From: Terriglobia bacterium
GTDB taxonomy: Bacteria > Acidobacteriota > Terriglobia > Acidiferrales > UBA7541
DNA: 64,000 nucleotides
Assembly: GCA_963695545.1 (NCBI GenBank)
Contig: OY968796.1
Coordinates: 704,001-768,000, forward strand
Reading direction: 5' to 3'
Shown here: piece after piece, positions 9,397 through 19,834 of the stretch
Layout: the number at the start of each line of letters is the position of its first letter
How positions within the stretch are numbered: the first letter of the stretch is position 1
The notes under the pieces: model-generated
The model's input: only the letters and a program-made list of their open reading frames with translations
Told to the model about the DNA's origin: nothing
The model's database searches: none
Translations under genes and position numbers: made by a program

Positions 9397-11730
9397 TTAC
9401 CTCTGAGGTGGCGCGCTTCCCGGCGGCGAAACGGCCGGCTTTGGAGCGCTAGGCGGCGGGGTTGGAGCAGTGACTGGTGGCGCGGCCGAGCCAGGTGATT
9501 CTTCGCCACCTTCGGTGGGGGCACTGTCCGGTGTATCGACTTTCACAGTCCTGGTGAGAGCCAACTGCTCAAGCGGCACGACGTTCGGGAAATCCTCGAC
9601 GGGCTGGTTGGCCAACGCGGACTTCATGAATTCGAGCCAAATGGGCAGCGCGGCCATGGCGCCGGTTTCCTTCTTCCCGAGCGATGTCTGCTTATCGTCG
9701 TAGCCGACCCATACGCCCGTTGTGAGTTGCGGAGTGAACCCGATGTACCACGCGTCGGTGAAATTGTTGGTCGTGCCGGTTTTGCCGCCGGTGGGGCGGC
9801 CGAGCGCAAGCGCCGCCTGCCCGGTGCCCATCTTCACCACATCCTCGAGCATCGCCACCATGGTGCGCGCGACGTCGGGCGGGATCACGTCATGCACTTC
9901 GGGCCGATTCTGCTCGAGCAGCGCGCCGTCGTACGACGCGACTTTGCGGATCATGTGCGGATCGATGCGCACGCCATCGTCGGGAAAAACGCTGAAGGCC
10001 GAAGTGTGCTCCAAAAGATTCAAGTCCGCGGCGCCGAGCGCCAGCGGTAGATACGGCGGCAAGGGGCTGGTGATGCCGAAGCGGCGCGCGAGCGCGATCA
10101 CATTTGAAATTCCGACTTTCTCCATCAGCTTCACGGCCGGTACGTTGCGCGATCCGGCGAGCGCGCGGCGGAGCGTGATCAGGCCCTCGAATTTTTCGTC
10201 GTAATTGTGCGGCGCATAGACTTGGCCGCCGCTCATGGTGCTGTAAGGCTCGTCAAGAATTGTGTCGAACGGATCGGCGCCGGCCTCGAACGCGGCCGAA
10301 TAGACGTAGACCTTGAACGAGCTGCCAACCTGACGCTCCGCTTGAATGGCGCGATTGAATTTTGATTGCGCGAAATCGTAGCCGCCGACCATAGCTTTGA
10401 TCTCGCCGGTCGGATTATCGATCGCGAGGAGCGCGGCTTGCGGACCGGGATCCTGTTCGAGCGTGACCTTGGCCGTGCCGTCGGCCAGACTCACGATGTG
10501 CACCATGGCGATGTCGCCGACTTTCAGCAACGTGGCCGGAGATTTCCGGCCGGTCCACGCGAAATCGGCGGGCACAAGCGTCGCGTGGTAAGGACCGATC
10601 TTGATGACTGCCGCCTTATCGTCCACGGCCATCACCAGGCCGTTCACGTAAGCACCCGGCACGAGTTCGCCGTGCCAATCGTCGTCGTCGTAAGCGGCGA
10701 GCGTGCTGCGATTGTCAGTGATAATGTTGTCCAGGTGGCCGCGCCAGCCGTGCCGCCGGTCGTAGGTGTGCAAGCCATCGCGCACGGCCTGATTGGCGGC
10801 GCGCTGCATCGCAACGTTCAGCGTGGTGTAGACGCGCAAGCCGCGCGTGTCCACCGTTTCGGTTCCGTAGGCGCCTTCGAGGTATTTGCGGATTTCTTCG
10901 ACGAAGTAAGGCGCGAGGTCGTCGCGCGGCACTTCGAGATTTAGACCCATGGGCTGAGCCATGGCGCTTTGCGCCGCGGCGTCACTGATCTTGCCGAGCT
11001 CGGCCATGCGCTGCAGCACAAGATTGCGGCGATCGAGCGACTTTTGCGGATGCAGGATCGGCGAATATCCGGGGCCGCGGATCAGCCCCGCGAGCGTGGC
11101 GGCTTCCGGCAACGTCAATTGGCCGATCGGCTTTCCGAAATAATATTCGGAAGCGGCCTCGAAGCCGTAATTGCCGTGCGCCAGATAAATTTGGTTGCAG
11201 TACATCGTCAGAATTTGTTCCTTGGTGTAGTGGCGCTCGATCTGCAGCGCCAGAAGCGTTTCCTGAGTCTTTCGGCGGAAGCTGCGGTCGGCGCGATTGA
11301 GGAAAAGCGTGCCCGCCAGCTGCATGGTAAGCGTACTCGCGCCTTCTTCGACGCGGCCGTGGATCAGATCTTTCCACGCAGCGCCGGCGACGCGCGTGAA
11401 GTCCACGCCCCAGTGCTCCTCGAAGTGCTGATCTTCAGTCGAGAGGATGGCGTCCTTGAGGACCGCGGGGATCTGGTCGTAGGTGATCAGGATGCGGCGC
11501 TGCACCGAGAACGTGCCGATCAATTGCCCGTCATCGGCGTAAAGCTCGGTGACCACGTTGGGCTGGTAATCCTGGAGCGCGTGGATTTCAGGCAGGTCGC
11601 TTGAATAGACAAAGATGAGTCCCGCGATGGCGCCGGCAGAAATTGCGAGGATCAGGAGAACGGCGAAGGTGAGCCGCACGGCGAGCTTGCGTCCGCGCAG
11701 ACGCAGCGTGATCGGAGGAAGCGGATCCAT
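9397..11730 (-). CDS. mrcA: Class A penicillin-binding protein 1A
   Basis: Transglycosylase motifs EDQHFEEHWGVD, GASTLTMQLA; transpeptidase motifs SSFK, SRN, KTG. Confidence 0.95.
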   Translation of the reverse strand: MDPLPPITLRLRGRKLAVRLTFAVLLILAISAGAIAGLIFVYSSDLPEIHALQDYQPNVVTELYADDGQLIGTFSVQRRILITYDQIPAVLKDAILSTEDQHFEEHWGVDFTRVAGAAWKDLIHGRVEEGASTLTMQLAGTLFLNRADRSFRRKTQETLLALQIERHYTKEQILTMYCNQIYLAHGNYGFEAASEYYFGKPIGQLTLPEAATLAGLIRGPGYSPILHPQKSLDRRNLVLQRMAELGKISDAAAQSAMAQPMGLNLEVPRDDLAPYFVEEIRKYLEGAYGTETVDTRGLRVYTTLNVAMQRAANQAVRDGLHTYDRRHGWRGHLDNIITDNRSTLAAYDDDDWHGELVPGAYVNGLVMAVDDKAAVIKIGPYHATLVPADFAWTGRKSPATLLKVGDIAMVHIVSLADGTAKVTLEQDPGPQAALLAIDNPTGEIKAMVGGYDFAQSKFNRAIQAERQVGSSFKVYVYSAAFEAGADPFDTILDEPYSTMSGGQVYAPHNYDEKFEGLITLRRALAGSRNVPAVKLMEKVGISNVIALARRFGITSPLPPYLPLALGAADLNLLEHTSAFSVFPDDGVRIDPHMIRKVASYDGALLEQNRPEVHDVIPPDVARTMVAMLEDVVKMGTGQAALALGRPTGGKTGTTNNFTDAWYIGFTPQLTTGVWVGYDDKQTSLGKKETGAMAALPIWLEFMKSALANQPVEDFPNVVPLEQLALTRTVKVDTPDSAPTEGGEESPGSAAPPVTAPTPPPSAPKPAVSPPGSAPPQR

Positions 11731-12140
11731 CGAGATCGATCATAACATTGCGCTCCGCGCATTTCGGTCTATCTCGGACTGGGTGTGCAACGCGGCTGCC
11801 ACCCGGCCGACCGGCCAGACGATGGCCGGCGCGGCTGCCTGAACTTGATATGGGTGGACAAGAGAATATGGCGGGAGTATGGTCGCCGCAAGAATTGAGG
11901 GTCAGAAGTGCATTTTCCGCAATCTGTGCCGCTAGCAAGCGCACAGCCGTAATTGCAAAATCCGGTTCGCGGCGAGGTTGCTGCACTCGGCTCGGTGGAT
12001 CGCGCTCGCCGATCGATTGAGCCACGTTAAAACACTCGAATGGTGGCCTGAAACAATCTGCGAGAGGGCCGCAACTTTCCCACAACTGCCGGGTTGAGGG
12101 TATCACGCGAAGTATCGGCTTCTGTCGACAGGGGGTTTCC

Positions 12141-14027
12141 GTGCATCGTTCACTGCTCCCGCTTGTGGCCGTTTTGGTTTTCGGTGTGGCATCGGGCTGT
12201 TCGAGCGGCGGCAACGGGGAACAGGCGCCCCCGCCGGTCCCAGGCGTCACGGTCTTTGCTCCGGCGTCAACGGTGACGGCCGGCGCGTCCGTGCAGCTGA
12301 CGGCCACGATCACGGACCTAACGAATCCGACAACGCCGGTCTGGGACGTCAACGGAATCGTGAACGGAAATGCCACGGTTGGCACAATTAGCGCCTCAGG
12401 CCTGACTGCCGAGTACACGGCTCCCGCGCCATTGCCGACGCCAAACAATCCAGTAGAGATTCACGCCACAGTCATGTCCGGTGTGCAGCCTTTCGTCGGA
12501 ACGGCCTCCGAAACGCTGGTTAGTTTCGGACTGGCGCCGGCCGCGGCGGATCGATTTCTCGAGCAATCCACATTCGGCCCCACGCCGCAGCTTGTCACTT
12601 TGGTTTCCGAAACGGGAGAGTCGGAATTTCTTTCGAGTCAATTGGCCACGCCGCCCACGCTGTTTGCCGATCCGGCGGACACGGAAACGAACAATGGTCC
12701 CTTGCAGCAGCGGTATTTCATCGAGCTCGCGACCGCGCCCGATCAGCTGCGGCAACGCGTGGCGTTTGCCTTGGGGCAGATTTTTGTGATTTCGAGCACC
12801 ACGATCAATACGCCGCAGGCCTACACGCCGTATTTGAATACTCTCGAAACCGACGCGTTCACGAATTACCGGCAGATTATGGAAGACGTTACGCTCTCGC
12901 CCGCCATGGGCCACTACTTGGACATGGTGAACAACGACAAGCCCACGGCGACGACGCACGCCGACGAGAATTACGCGCGCGAGCTGATGCAGCTGATGTG
13001 CCTCGGCGAAAATCTGATCAATAACAACGGTTCGCCCCAACTCGATGGCAGCGGAAACCTGATTCCCACTTATTCGGAAACGCAGATCGACGCATTTTCG
13101 AGAGCCTACACCGGCTGGACGTATCCGACGATGCCGAACGCAACTTTGGAGAAGCACAATCCCGCCTATTGGACGGGACCCATGGTGCCGTTTGAGACCA
13201 ATCACGACGAGGCTGTGAAGCAGTTACTCACGTATCCTGGCGCGGTGTCAGGTGGTCTGCTTCCAGCGAACCAAACGGCGGAACAGGACCTCGAGGGCGC
13301 GCTGGACAATGTTTTCAATCATCCGAATTTGCCGGCGTTCGTTTCCATGCGATTGATCCAGCATCTGGTCACGAGCAATCCGAGTCCGGCTTACATACAG
13401 CGTGTGGCAAACGTCTTCATCAACAACGGATCGGGCGTGCGCGGCGATATGACGGCGGTGATTACCGCGATTCTGATGGATCCGGAAGCGCGACAGAACG
13501 ATGATCCCAGCGTCGCGGAGACTTCCGGGTTCGGGCATCTGCAGGAACCGATTCTCTACATCACCGGCTTGCTGCGGGAATTCGGCGCCACGACCGATGG
13601 CTCGAATTTGACGAACCAGGGCACCGACATGGGCCAGACCGCGCTGACTCCGGGAAGTGTATTCAACTTCTACTCGCCGCTCTACGTGATTCCGGGAACG
13701 ACGCAGTTGGGACCGGAATTTCAGATTTTGACGACCGCGACGACGTTGGCTCGGGCGAACTTTGCAAATTCATTTGTATTTGGCACGGGGCTCGGCACTG
13801 GCGCAACTGTCAGCTTTGCGAGCTACGGAACCCAGGCGTCGAATCCGACAGCGTTGCTTGCCACGCTGAACACACTGATGCTGCACGGAACCATGTCCGC
13901 ATCCATGCAGAGCAGCATCCTGACGGCGATGCAGACCGTGCCGAGCGGCGCGAATCAAGCGCTGACGCAGGCGGAAACGGCGATCTATCTGATTGCAACT
14001 TCTTCGGAATATCAGGTGCAGTACTGA
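12141..14027 (+). CDS. DUF1800 family lipoprotein with N-terminal Ig-like domain
   Basis: Lipobox VASGC; RFLEQSTFG, DQLRQRVAFAL, PAMGHYLDM, DENYARELMQL, LVTSNPSPAYIQRVA. Confidence 0.85.
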   Translation: MHRSLLPLVAVLVFGVASGCSSGGNGEQAPPPVPGVTVFAPASTVTAGASVQLTATITDLTNPTTPVWDVNGIVNGNATVGTISASGLTAEYTAPAPLPTPNNPVEIHATVMSGVQPFVGTASETLVSFGLAPAAADRFLEQSTFGPTPQLVTLVSETGESEFLSSQLATPPTLFADPADTETNNGPLQQRYFIELATAPDQLRQRVAFALGQIFVISSTTINTPQAYTPYLNTLETDAFTNYRQIMEDVTLSPAMGHYLDMVNNDKPTATTHADENYARELMQLMCLGENLINNNGSPQLDGSGNLIPTYSETQIDAFSRAYTGWTYPTMPNATLEKHNPAYWTGPMVPFETNHDEAVKQLLTYPGAVSGGLLPANQTAEQDLEGALDNVFNHPNLPAFVSMRLIQHLVTSNPSPAYIQRVANVFINNGSGVRGDMTAVITAILMDPEARQNDDPSVAETSGFGHLQEPILYITGLLREFGATTDGSNLTNQGTDMGQTALTPGSVFNFYSPLYVIPGTTQLGPEFQILTTATTLARANFANSFVFGTGLGTGATVSFASYGTQASNPTALLATLNTLMLHGTMSASMQSSILTAMQTVPSGANQALTQAETAIYLIATSSEYQVQY

Positions 14028-14060
14028 AATTGGGCCCAGCATGGTCGCGGGAGCGTGAAC

Positions 14061-15449
14061 ATGTTTGACAAGAACAGACTGACGCGCAGAGATTTTGTCC
14101 GCATGGGCTGTTGCACCGCCGCGTCGTTCGGCCTTTCGGCCGCGCTCGGCAGACTGAACTTGATTCAGGCCTACGCGGCCGGCCCGGCGACGGAGTATCG
14201 CGCGCTGGTATGCATTTTTCTTTTCGGCGGCAACGACAGCAACAATCTGGTCGTGCCGAACGACACCGCCGGATATGCGAACTACCTGAAATATCGCGCC
14301 AATCTGGCGCTCGCGCAGAACACGTTATTGCCAATCGTCTCGAAGACCAATCAGGCTTCCGGGCAAGTGGACTATGGGCTGCATCCGGAGCTGACGAATT
14401 TGCAGGGCCTGTTTTCCGGCGGGCAGCTCGCGTTGATCGCGAATGTCGGAACGCTGGCTCAGCCGCTCACGCAGGCGCAATATCTGGCGGGGGGATCTGC
14501 GCTGCCGCTAAATCTTTTTTCGCATTCGGACCAGCAGGCGCAATGGCAGACGGCGGAGTTCACGACAATCGGCAACGGAAGTAGCGGCTGGGCCGGGCGC
14601 ACGGCCGACAAACTACAGTCGCTGAATGCGGGCGCAACATTTCCTCCCATTGTTTCTGTGGCGGGCGGTGCAATTCTGTGCACGGGCGAGCAGACACAGC
14701 CGTACGCCATGAGCCCGGGATCGACCCCGGGGCTATCGGGATACAACGGCACGGTGGCGGAAAACGCGCGCCTGGTTTCGTTTCAACAATTGCTCACTTT
14801 GGATTCAGGGCTTTCCCTGGTGCAGGATACAAGCTCGGTGATGACGCAATCGCTGGAGGAGAGCGCGGTGCTCTCCGCGGCGATCAAGGGTTTGCCCGCG
14901 CTGCAGACGGCATTTCCAACGACCTCGATCGGCGCGCAATTGAAGCAAGTGGCGCAGATTATTCAGGCGCGGTCGTCGCTCGGACTGTTGCGGCAGATTT
15001 TCTTCTGTTCGCTCGGCGGATTCGATACGCACAGCGGCCAATTGCCGACGCAATCCAATTTGTTTTCGCAGCTCGATCCGGCCATGGCCGCGTTTTACGA
15101 TTCGACGGTCGAGCTGGGCCTGCCGCAGCAAGTCACCGCGTTCACGCTTTCCGATTTCAACCGGACATTTCAACCCGGAACGAATGCCGGCACCGATCAC
15201 GCTTGGGGCGGGAACCACATGATTCTGGGCGGGGCTGTGCAGGGTGGCGACATCTACGGCCAATTCCCGGTGCTCGTGCCGGGCAGCCCGAACGACGTGG
15301 GCACGAACGGCCGCTGGATTCCGACAACTTCGGTAGATCAGTATGGCGCGACGCTCGCGACGTGGTTCGGCGTCGCAGCTTCGGATTTGCCGTATATTTT
15401 CCCGAACCTGCCGAATTTCACGACGCCGACGTTGACGTTCATGGGATGA
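14061..15449 (+). CDS. DUF1501 family protein, Tat-exported
   Basis: TRRDFV twin-Arg; YRALVCIFLFGGNDSNN; LFSHSDQQ; GGFDTH; GTDHAWG. Canonical partner of DUF1800. Confidence 0.88.
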   Translation: MFDKNRLTRRDFVRMGCCTAASFGLSAALGRLNLIQAYAAGPATEYRALVCIFLFGGNDSNNLVVPNDTAGYANYLKYRANLALAQNTLLPIVSKTNQASGQVDYGLHPELTNLQGLFSGGQLALIANVGTLAQPLTQAQYLAGGSALPLNLFSHSDQQAQWQTAEFTTIGNGSSGWAGRTADKLQSLNAGATFPPIVSVAGGAILCTGEQTQPYAMSPGSTPGLSGYNGTVAENARLVSFQQLLTLDSGLSLVQDTSSVMTQSLEESAVLSAAIKGLPALQTAFPTTSIGAQLKQVAQIIQARSSLGLLRQIFFCSLGGFDTHSGQLPTQSNLFSQLDPAMAAFYDSTVELGLPQQVTAFTLSDFNRTFQPGTNAGTDHAWGGNHMILGGAVQGGDIYGQFPVLVPGSPNDVGTNGRWIPTTSVDQYGATLATWFGVAASDLPYIFPNLPNFTTPTLTFMG

Positions 15450-15477
15450 ACTGCGATGTTTGGCGGGCGATTCGCGT

Positions 15478-15978
15478 CTAAGCGGATTGCCGGGCGCGAG
15501 CACGACGGTGCGCGAGGAATGCCAGCACCGTTAAGACGATTGACGCGGCGAGGAAACCCGAGTCGCGCACGATTGTGAACTTCGTAAGCGGCTCATTCGT
15601 GCCGAAGCAGCCGCAATTGATTTCCAAGCGCATCGAGTACGCGCGCACAATCGCGTAGACGAGCACCACCAAGAGCGCAGACACACCGGCCGCGGCCCAG
15701 CGAACCCACAGACCCAGGATAAGCATCGCGCCCAAAACCAGTTCAACCCACGGAAGCGCGCGGGCTACGAGCTCGACGCCTGATTCCGACAGCATGTGGT
15801 AGGAATCGACGGACATGGCGAAAAGCATCCAGGGATTTCGCAGTTTGGTGTACGCGGCGTACACGAAGACCGCGCCCATCGCGAGGCGGCCGATGAGAAC
15901 GAGCCACCGAATAACCCGGTCCATCGCGATGCGAGGGTTCCGAGCGGCGTCGCCGGACGAAATCGGATCAGTGGGCAA
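15478..15978 (-). CDS. MauE/DoxX family redox-associated membrane protein
   Basis: Four TM helices, GAVFVYAAYTKL, PWVEL, INCGCFG motif. Confidence 0.8.
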   Translation of the reverse strand: MPTDPISSGDAARNPRIAMDRVIRWLVLIGRLAMGAVFVYAAYTKLRNPWMLFAMSVDSYHMLSESGVELVARALPWVELVLGAMLILGLWVRWAAAGVSALLVVLVYAIVRAYSMRLEINCGCFGTNEPLTKFTIVRDSGFLAASIVLTVLAFLAHRRARARQSA

Positions 15979-16609
15979 GCAAGAAATCCAGATATTGCTT
16001 CATGAGCGTGTAGGTGACGCCGCCGGGCGGCAGCGCTTGCACGGTGCCGTGGGAGGTCACGAAGATGCTCGGAGTCTGCTCAACATCCTTCGAGCGGCCG
16101 AGCGCGAGATCGGCGTCGATGGCGGCGTCGAGTTGCGGACCGTCCTGTTGATAAATCGTCTCGACCTTTTTCATTTCAGCCGGCGAGAGAACCTCGGCGA
16201 GCATAGGTTCAATCTTTCCGGTCGCGCCCCAATCTTCCTGCTTGTCGAAAAGCGCCTGTTCAACCGACTCGAACACGCCCGCGGCCGCGGCGGCGTTGGC
16301 CCAGCGCGCGGCGTCATGCGAGTAAGCGTGCATGCTCAAGGGAAAATCGTGGTGAACCACGAAGACTTTTCCGGTCGAAACGTAATTGTCGATCACCTGA
16401 CGCAATGTGTTCCGATAAAAATTGCCGCACGCGGGACATTGAAAGTCACTGAACTCGTCAATGCGAATGGGGGCGCTCGACGAGCCGAGCGATTTCGCGG
16501 CCGTCAGAGATTCCGGCGTAATATGCATCTGGGCCGGCGCAGCGGCTGTCGCCACAAGCGCGGCGCCGGCAATCAAACCTGCAACCAAGAAGAAACCGAT
16601 TCGTCTCAA
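15968..16609 (-). CDS. DsbA-like thioredoxin-domain protein, paralogue 2
   Basis: GSSSAPIRIDEFSDFQCPAC, HDFPL, TPSIFV; probable TTG start behind AGGAGG. Confidence 0.88.
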   Translation of the reverse strand: MRRIGFFLVAGLIAGAALVATAAAPAQMHITPESLTAAKSLGSSSAPIRIDEFSDFQCPACGNFYRNTLRQVIDNYVSTGKVFVVHHDFPLSMHAYSHDAARWANAAAAAGVFESVEQALFDKQEDWGATGKIEPMLAEVLSPAEMKKVETIYQQDGPQLDAAIDADLALGRSKDVEQTPSIFVTSHGTVQALPPGGVTYTLMKQYLDFLLAH

Positions 16610-16673
16610 CACGACCTCCTGTGAGCTGTGCGGCGCGCAGACGTTTGAAGCTGCCGTCTGGATTGGATGCGAA

Positions 16674-17330
16674 TCAGTGCGCAAGCAGGTAGTCCAAATA
16701 TTGCTTCATAAGCGTGTAACTCACACCGCCGGGCGGGAGCGGTTGGGTGGTGCCGTGGGAAGTGACAAAGATGCTCGGCGTGCCCGAAACACTTTTCGCG
16801 TGACCCAAAGCAACATCGGCTTGAACCGCTGCGTTGAGCTGATCGCCCTGCCGCTGATAAATCAGCTCAACCTTTTTCATTTCGGGAGCCGAAAGAACCC
16901 CAGCGAGCACCGGCTCAATCTTTCCCGTGGCTCCCCAATCGTCCTGCTTTGCAAAGAGCGCCTGTTCGACCGTCTCGAACTCGCCCGCGGCGGCCGCGGC
17001 GTTGGCCCAGCGCGCGGCGTCAAGAGAGTGCGGATGGAGTGGAAAATCGTGATGGACGACAAGCACCTTTCCGGTGGAGACGTAATTATCGATTACCAGG
17101 CGCAGGGTTCCCTGGTAGAAGCTGCGGCACATAGGACACTCGAAGTCGCTGAACTCGTCGATGCGAATCGGCGCGCTCGACGAACCGAGCGACTTCGCTG
17201 CCGTCAGTGATTCCGGCGTGATCCGCGTCTGCGCCGGAGTGGCACCGGCTGCCAGCCCAACCCAAGCCAAAAATCCCACCAAGGAATAGAATGCGAACCG
17301 TTTCAACGGGCCCTCGCGGCGCCCGCACAT
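16674..17330 (-). CDS. DsbA-like thioredoxin-domain protein, paralogue 1
   Basis: GSSSAPIRIDEFSDFECPMC, HDFPL, GTPSIFV; alternative TTG start at 17306. Confidence 0.88.
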   Translation of the reverse strand: MCGRREGPLKRFAFYSLVGFLAWVGLAAGATPAQTRITPESLTAAKSLGSSSAPIRIDEFSDFECPMCRSFYQGTLRLVIDNYVSTGKVLVVHHDFPLHPHSLDAARWANAAAAAGEFETVEQALFAKQDDWGATGKIEPVLAGVLSAPEMKKVELIYQRQGDQLNAAVQADVALGHAKSVSGTPSIFVTSHGTTQPLPPGGVSYTLMKQYLDYLLAH

Positions 17331-17653
17331 TTATTTTTGTCGGCGGGCCGAAGTATTGTACTCAACTTACGGCGGAGCGCACCATTTATAGCGTGACGGA
17401 TGTGTGCGGCGCGATTCGTTGATAACCAAGCAATCCCCGCAGATCCGTCTCTCATAGGTTGGATGCGAGGACGAGGCCCTCAGCGAACGTCGGTGAACGA
17501 TCGATTCGGCTTTGCAGTTGACGATTGCGTCCGTCGTGGCAGCACGAGCGACACGACGAGGCAGTACCGGGTAAGGCACGGAGGAGGTATAGCCTCTCTC
17601 GGAGTGTCACCGTAAGGCACTCATAATGCGGTAGATAGATAACACACAAAAAT

Positions 17654-17683
17654 CTTGACAATGGAACACTCAAGGTTTATCAT
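17654..17683 (+). promoter_or_regulatory. dnaK sigma70 promoter overlapped by a HAIR (HspR-associated inverted repeat)
   Basis: TTGACA (17655-17660)-17 nt-TATCAT (17678-17683); CTTGACA-N7-ACTCAAG (17654-17674) matches the HAIR consensus CTTGAGT-N7-ACTCAAG at 12/14; hspR lies in the same operon. Confidence 0.85.
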
Positions 17684-17803
17684 GGTGGCTCCAGTGGGAC
17701 CGCGTGGGCCTCGACTTTGACCTGCGCGGGCCTTGATGACATCCATATCAACGGGCAAGGATCGCCAAGGGCGGCCCAACACACATCCCGAGGAGTTATT
17801 AAA

Positions 17804-19750
17804 ATGAGCAAGATTATCGGTATCGACCTAGGCACTACAAATTCCGTTGTGGCGGTAATGCAGGGCGGTGAGCCGGTGGTAATCCCCAACCAGGAAGGTG
17901 GCCGGACAACGCCTTCGGTTGTGGCCGTCACCAAGAGCGGCGAACGCCTGGTCGGGCAAGTGGCCAAGCGCCAGGCGGTGACCAACCCGGAAAACACGGT
18001 CTATTCAATTAAGCGGTTCATGGGCCGGCGTTTCGATGAGGTGACGGAAGAAGCCAAGCGCGTGCCCTACAAGGTTGTGAAGGGGCCGCACGACGATGCG
18101 CGCGTCGAGATTTTCGGCAAGAGCTACAGTCCGCCGGAAATTTCCGCGATGATTCTGCAGAAACTCAAGACGGCTGCTGAAGATTTCCTGGGCGAGAAGG
18201 TCACGAAAGCCGTGATCACGGTTCCCGCGTACTTCAACGATGGCCAGCGCCAAGCCACCAAGCAGGCCGGCGAAATCGCGGGGATGGAAGTCCTGCGCAT
18301 CATCAACGAGCCGACCGCCGCGGCATTGGCGTACGGTCTCGACAAGAAAAAAGACGAAACCATCGCGGTGTACGATTTGGGCGGCGGCACCTTCGACATT
18401 TCGATCCTGGAAGTGGGCGAAGGCGTGGTCGAAGTGAAATCCACGGCCGGCGACACGCACTTGGGCGGCGACGACATCGATCAGAAGATCATCGAGTGGA
18501 TGGTCGCCGAATTCAAGAAGGACCAGGGCATCGACGTCAGCAAGGACCGCATGGCGATTCAGCGCCTGAAGGAAACCGCTGAAAAAGCCAAGATCGAGCT
18601 TTCGCAGGTTCAAGAGACGGAAATCAATTTGCCGTTCTTGACTGCGGACGCTTCCGGGCCAAAGCATTTGCAGATCAAGCTGACGCGAGCAAAGCTCGAG
18701 CAATTGATGGAAGATTTGCTGCAGCGCACGGTCGGTCCCGTGAAGCAAGCGATGGCAGACGCTCAGGTAACGCCGGACATGATCAACGAAGTCGTGCTGG
18801 TGGGCGGCTCGACGCGCATACCGCGCGTGCAGCAGATCGTGAAGGATCTATTCGGCGGCAAGGAACCTCACAAGGGCGTGAATGCCGACGAAGTGGTCGC
18901 CGTGGGCGCCGCGATTCAGGGTGGCGTGCTGGGCGGAGAAGTGAAGGACATCCTGTTGCTCGACGTGACGCCGCTTTCGCTGGGCGTTGAGACGTTGGGC
19001 GGCATCATGACCGTGCTGATTCCGCGCAACACCACGATTCCCACGCGGAAGTCGGAAACGTTTTCAACCGCGGCGGACAATCAGCCGTCGGTGGAAATCC
19101 ACGTGTTGCAGGGCGAGCGCAAGACGGCGCCCGACAACCGCACGCTGGGCAAATTCCACTTGATGGGAATTCCGCCGGCGCCGCGCGGCCTGCCGCAGAT
19201 CGAGGTGACGTTCGATATCGACGCGAACGGCATACTGAACGTTTCGGCGAAGGACATGGCCACGAGCAAGGAACAAAAAATCACGATCACTGCAACGACC
19301 GGTCTTTCCAAGGACGAGGCCGAGAAGATGCGCACCGACGCCGAAGCGCATGCCGAAGACGACAAGCGCAAGCTGGCGGAAATCGAGGCGCGCAATCAAC
19401 TCGACAATCGCGTCTACCAGACCGAGAAGCTGCTGCGAGAAAACCGCGAGAAGTTGGCCGAAGGCGACGCGAAGAGCGTCGAAGAGGCGCTCGAGAAAGC
19501 CAAGTCCGCGCTGGCGGGCGGAAATCTCGAGTCCATCGAAGCGGCCAATAAGGAACTCGAAGCCGCTTCGCACAAGGTGGCCGAGGTTCTCTACAGCGCG
19601 GCGAAGGCGCCGGGTGCGGGTGGCGCGGGGAGTGCTCCGGGCGCGGGCGGTGCAGCCGGCGCGCCGGGACCCGAGCCGAAGAAGCCCGGCGAAGGCGACG
19701 TGATTGACGCGGAGTACGTGGACGTGGACGACACAAAGCAGCCGAACTAA
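17804..19750 (+). CDS. dnaK: Molecular chaperone DnaK
   Basis: [34 protein letters not shown]-terminal DVIDAEY; AGGAG RBS before ATG 17804. Confidence 0.99.
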   Translation: MSKIIGIDLGTTNSVVAVMQGGEPVVIPNQEGGRTTPSVVAVTKSGERLVGQVAKRQAVTNPENTVYSIKRFMGRRFDEVTEEAKRVPYKVVKGPHDDARVEIFGKSYSPPEISAMILQKLKTAAEDFLGEKVTKAVITVPAYFNDGQRQATKQAGEIAGMEVLRIINEPTAAALAYGLDKKKDETIAVYDLGGGTFDISILEVGEGVVEVKSTAGDTHLGGDDIDQKIIEWMVAEFKKDQGIDVSKDRMAIQRLKETAEKAKIELSQVQETEINLPFLTADASGPKHLQIKLTRAKLEQLMEDLLQRTVGPVKQAMADAQVTPDMINEVVLVGGSTRIPRVQQIVKDLFGGKEPHKGVNADEVVAVGAAIQGGVLGGEVKDILLLDVTPLSLGVETLGGIMTVLIPRNTTIPTRKSETFSTAADNQPSVEIHVLQGERKTAPDNRTLGKFHLMGIPPAPRGLPQIEVTFDIDANGILNVSAKDMATSKEQKITITATTGLSKDEAEKMRTDAEAHAEDDKRKLAEIEARNQLDNRVYQTEKLLRENREKLAEGDAKSVEEALEKAKSALAGGNLESIEAANKELEAASHKVAEVLYSAAKAPGAGGAGSAPGAGGAAGAPGPEPKKPGEGDVIDAEYVDVDDTKQPN

Positions 19751-19755
19751 CCTGC

Positions 19756-19795
19756 CAAGGCGCGCCGGCCGGAGAGATTCGGCCGGCGCGCCTTG
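19756..19795 (+). terminator. 16-bp GC stem-loop after dnaK (terminator or mRNA-stabilising hairpin)
   Basis: CAAGGCGCGCCGGCCG-N8-CGGCCGGCGCGCCTTG; only a weak U-tract follows. Confidence 0.6.
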
Positions 19796-19834
19796 CACTT
19801 ACTTACACACCAAGATTCGCACAGGAGACTACGG

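Noticed and set aside
8477..15978. Methylamine utilisation (mau) pathway inferred from MauL-like and MauE-like genes
   Set aside because: No mauA, mauB or mauG genes are present, and these domains occur widely outside methylotrophy.
17602..17622. GAGTG-N11-CACTC inverted repeat upstream of the dnaK promoter as a CIRCE or second HAIR
   Set aside because: Arm order is opposite to CIRCE and the spacing does not fit HAIR (N7).
17367..17640. Intergenic region between the DsbA-like gene and dnaK as an RNA gene or small ORFs
   Set aside because: No tRNA, tmRNA, SRP or RNase P hallmarks were recognised, and the short ORFs lack RBS and motifs.
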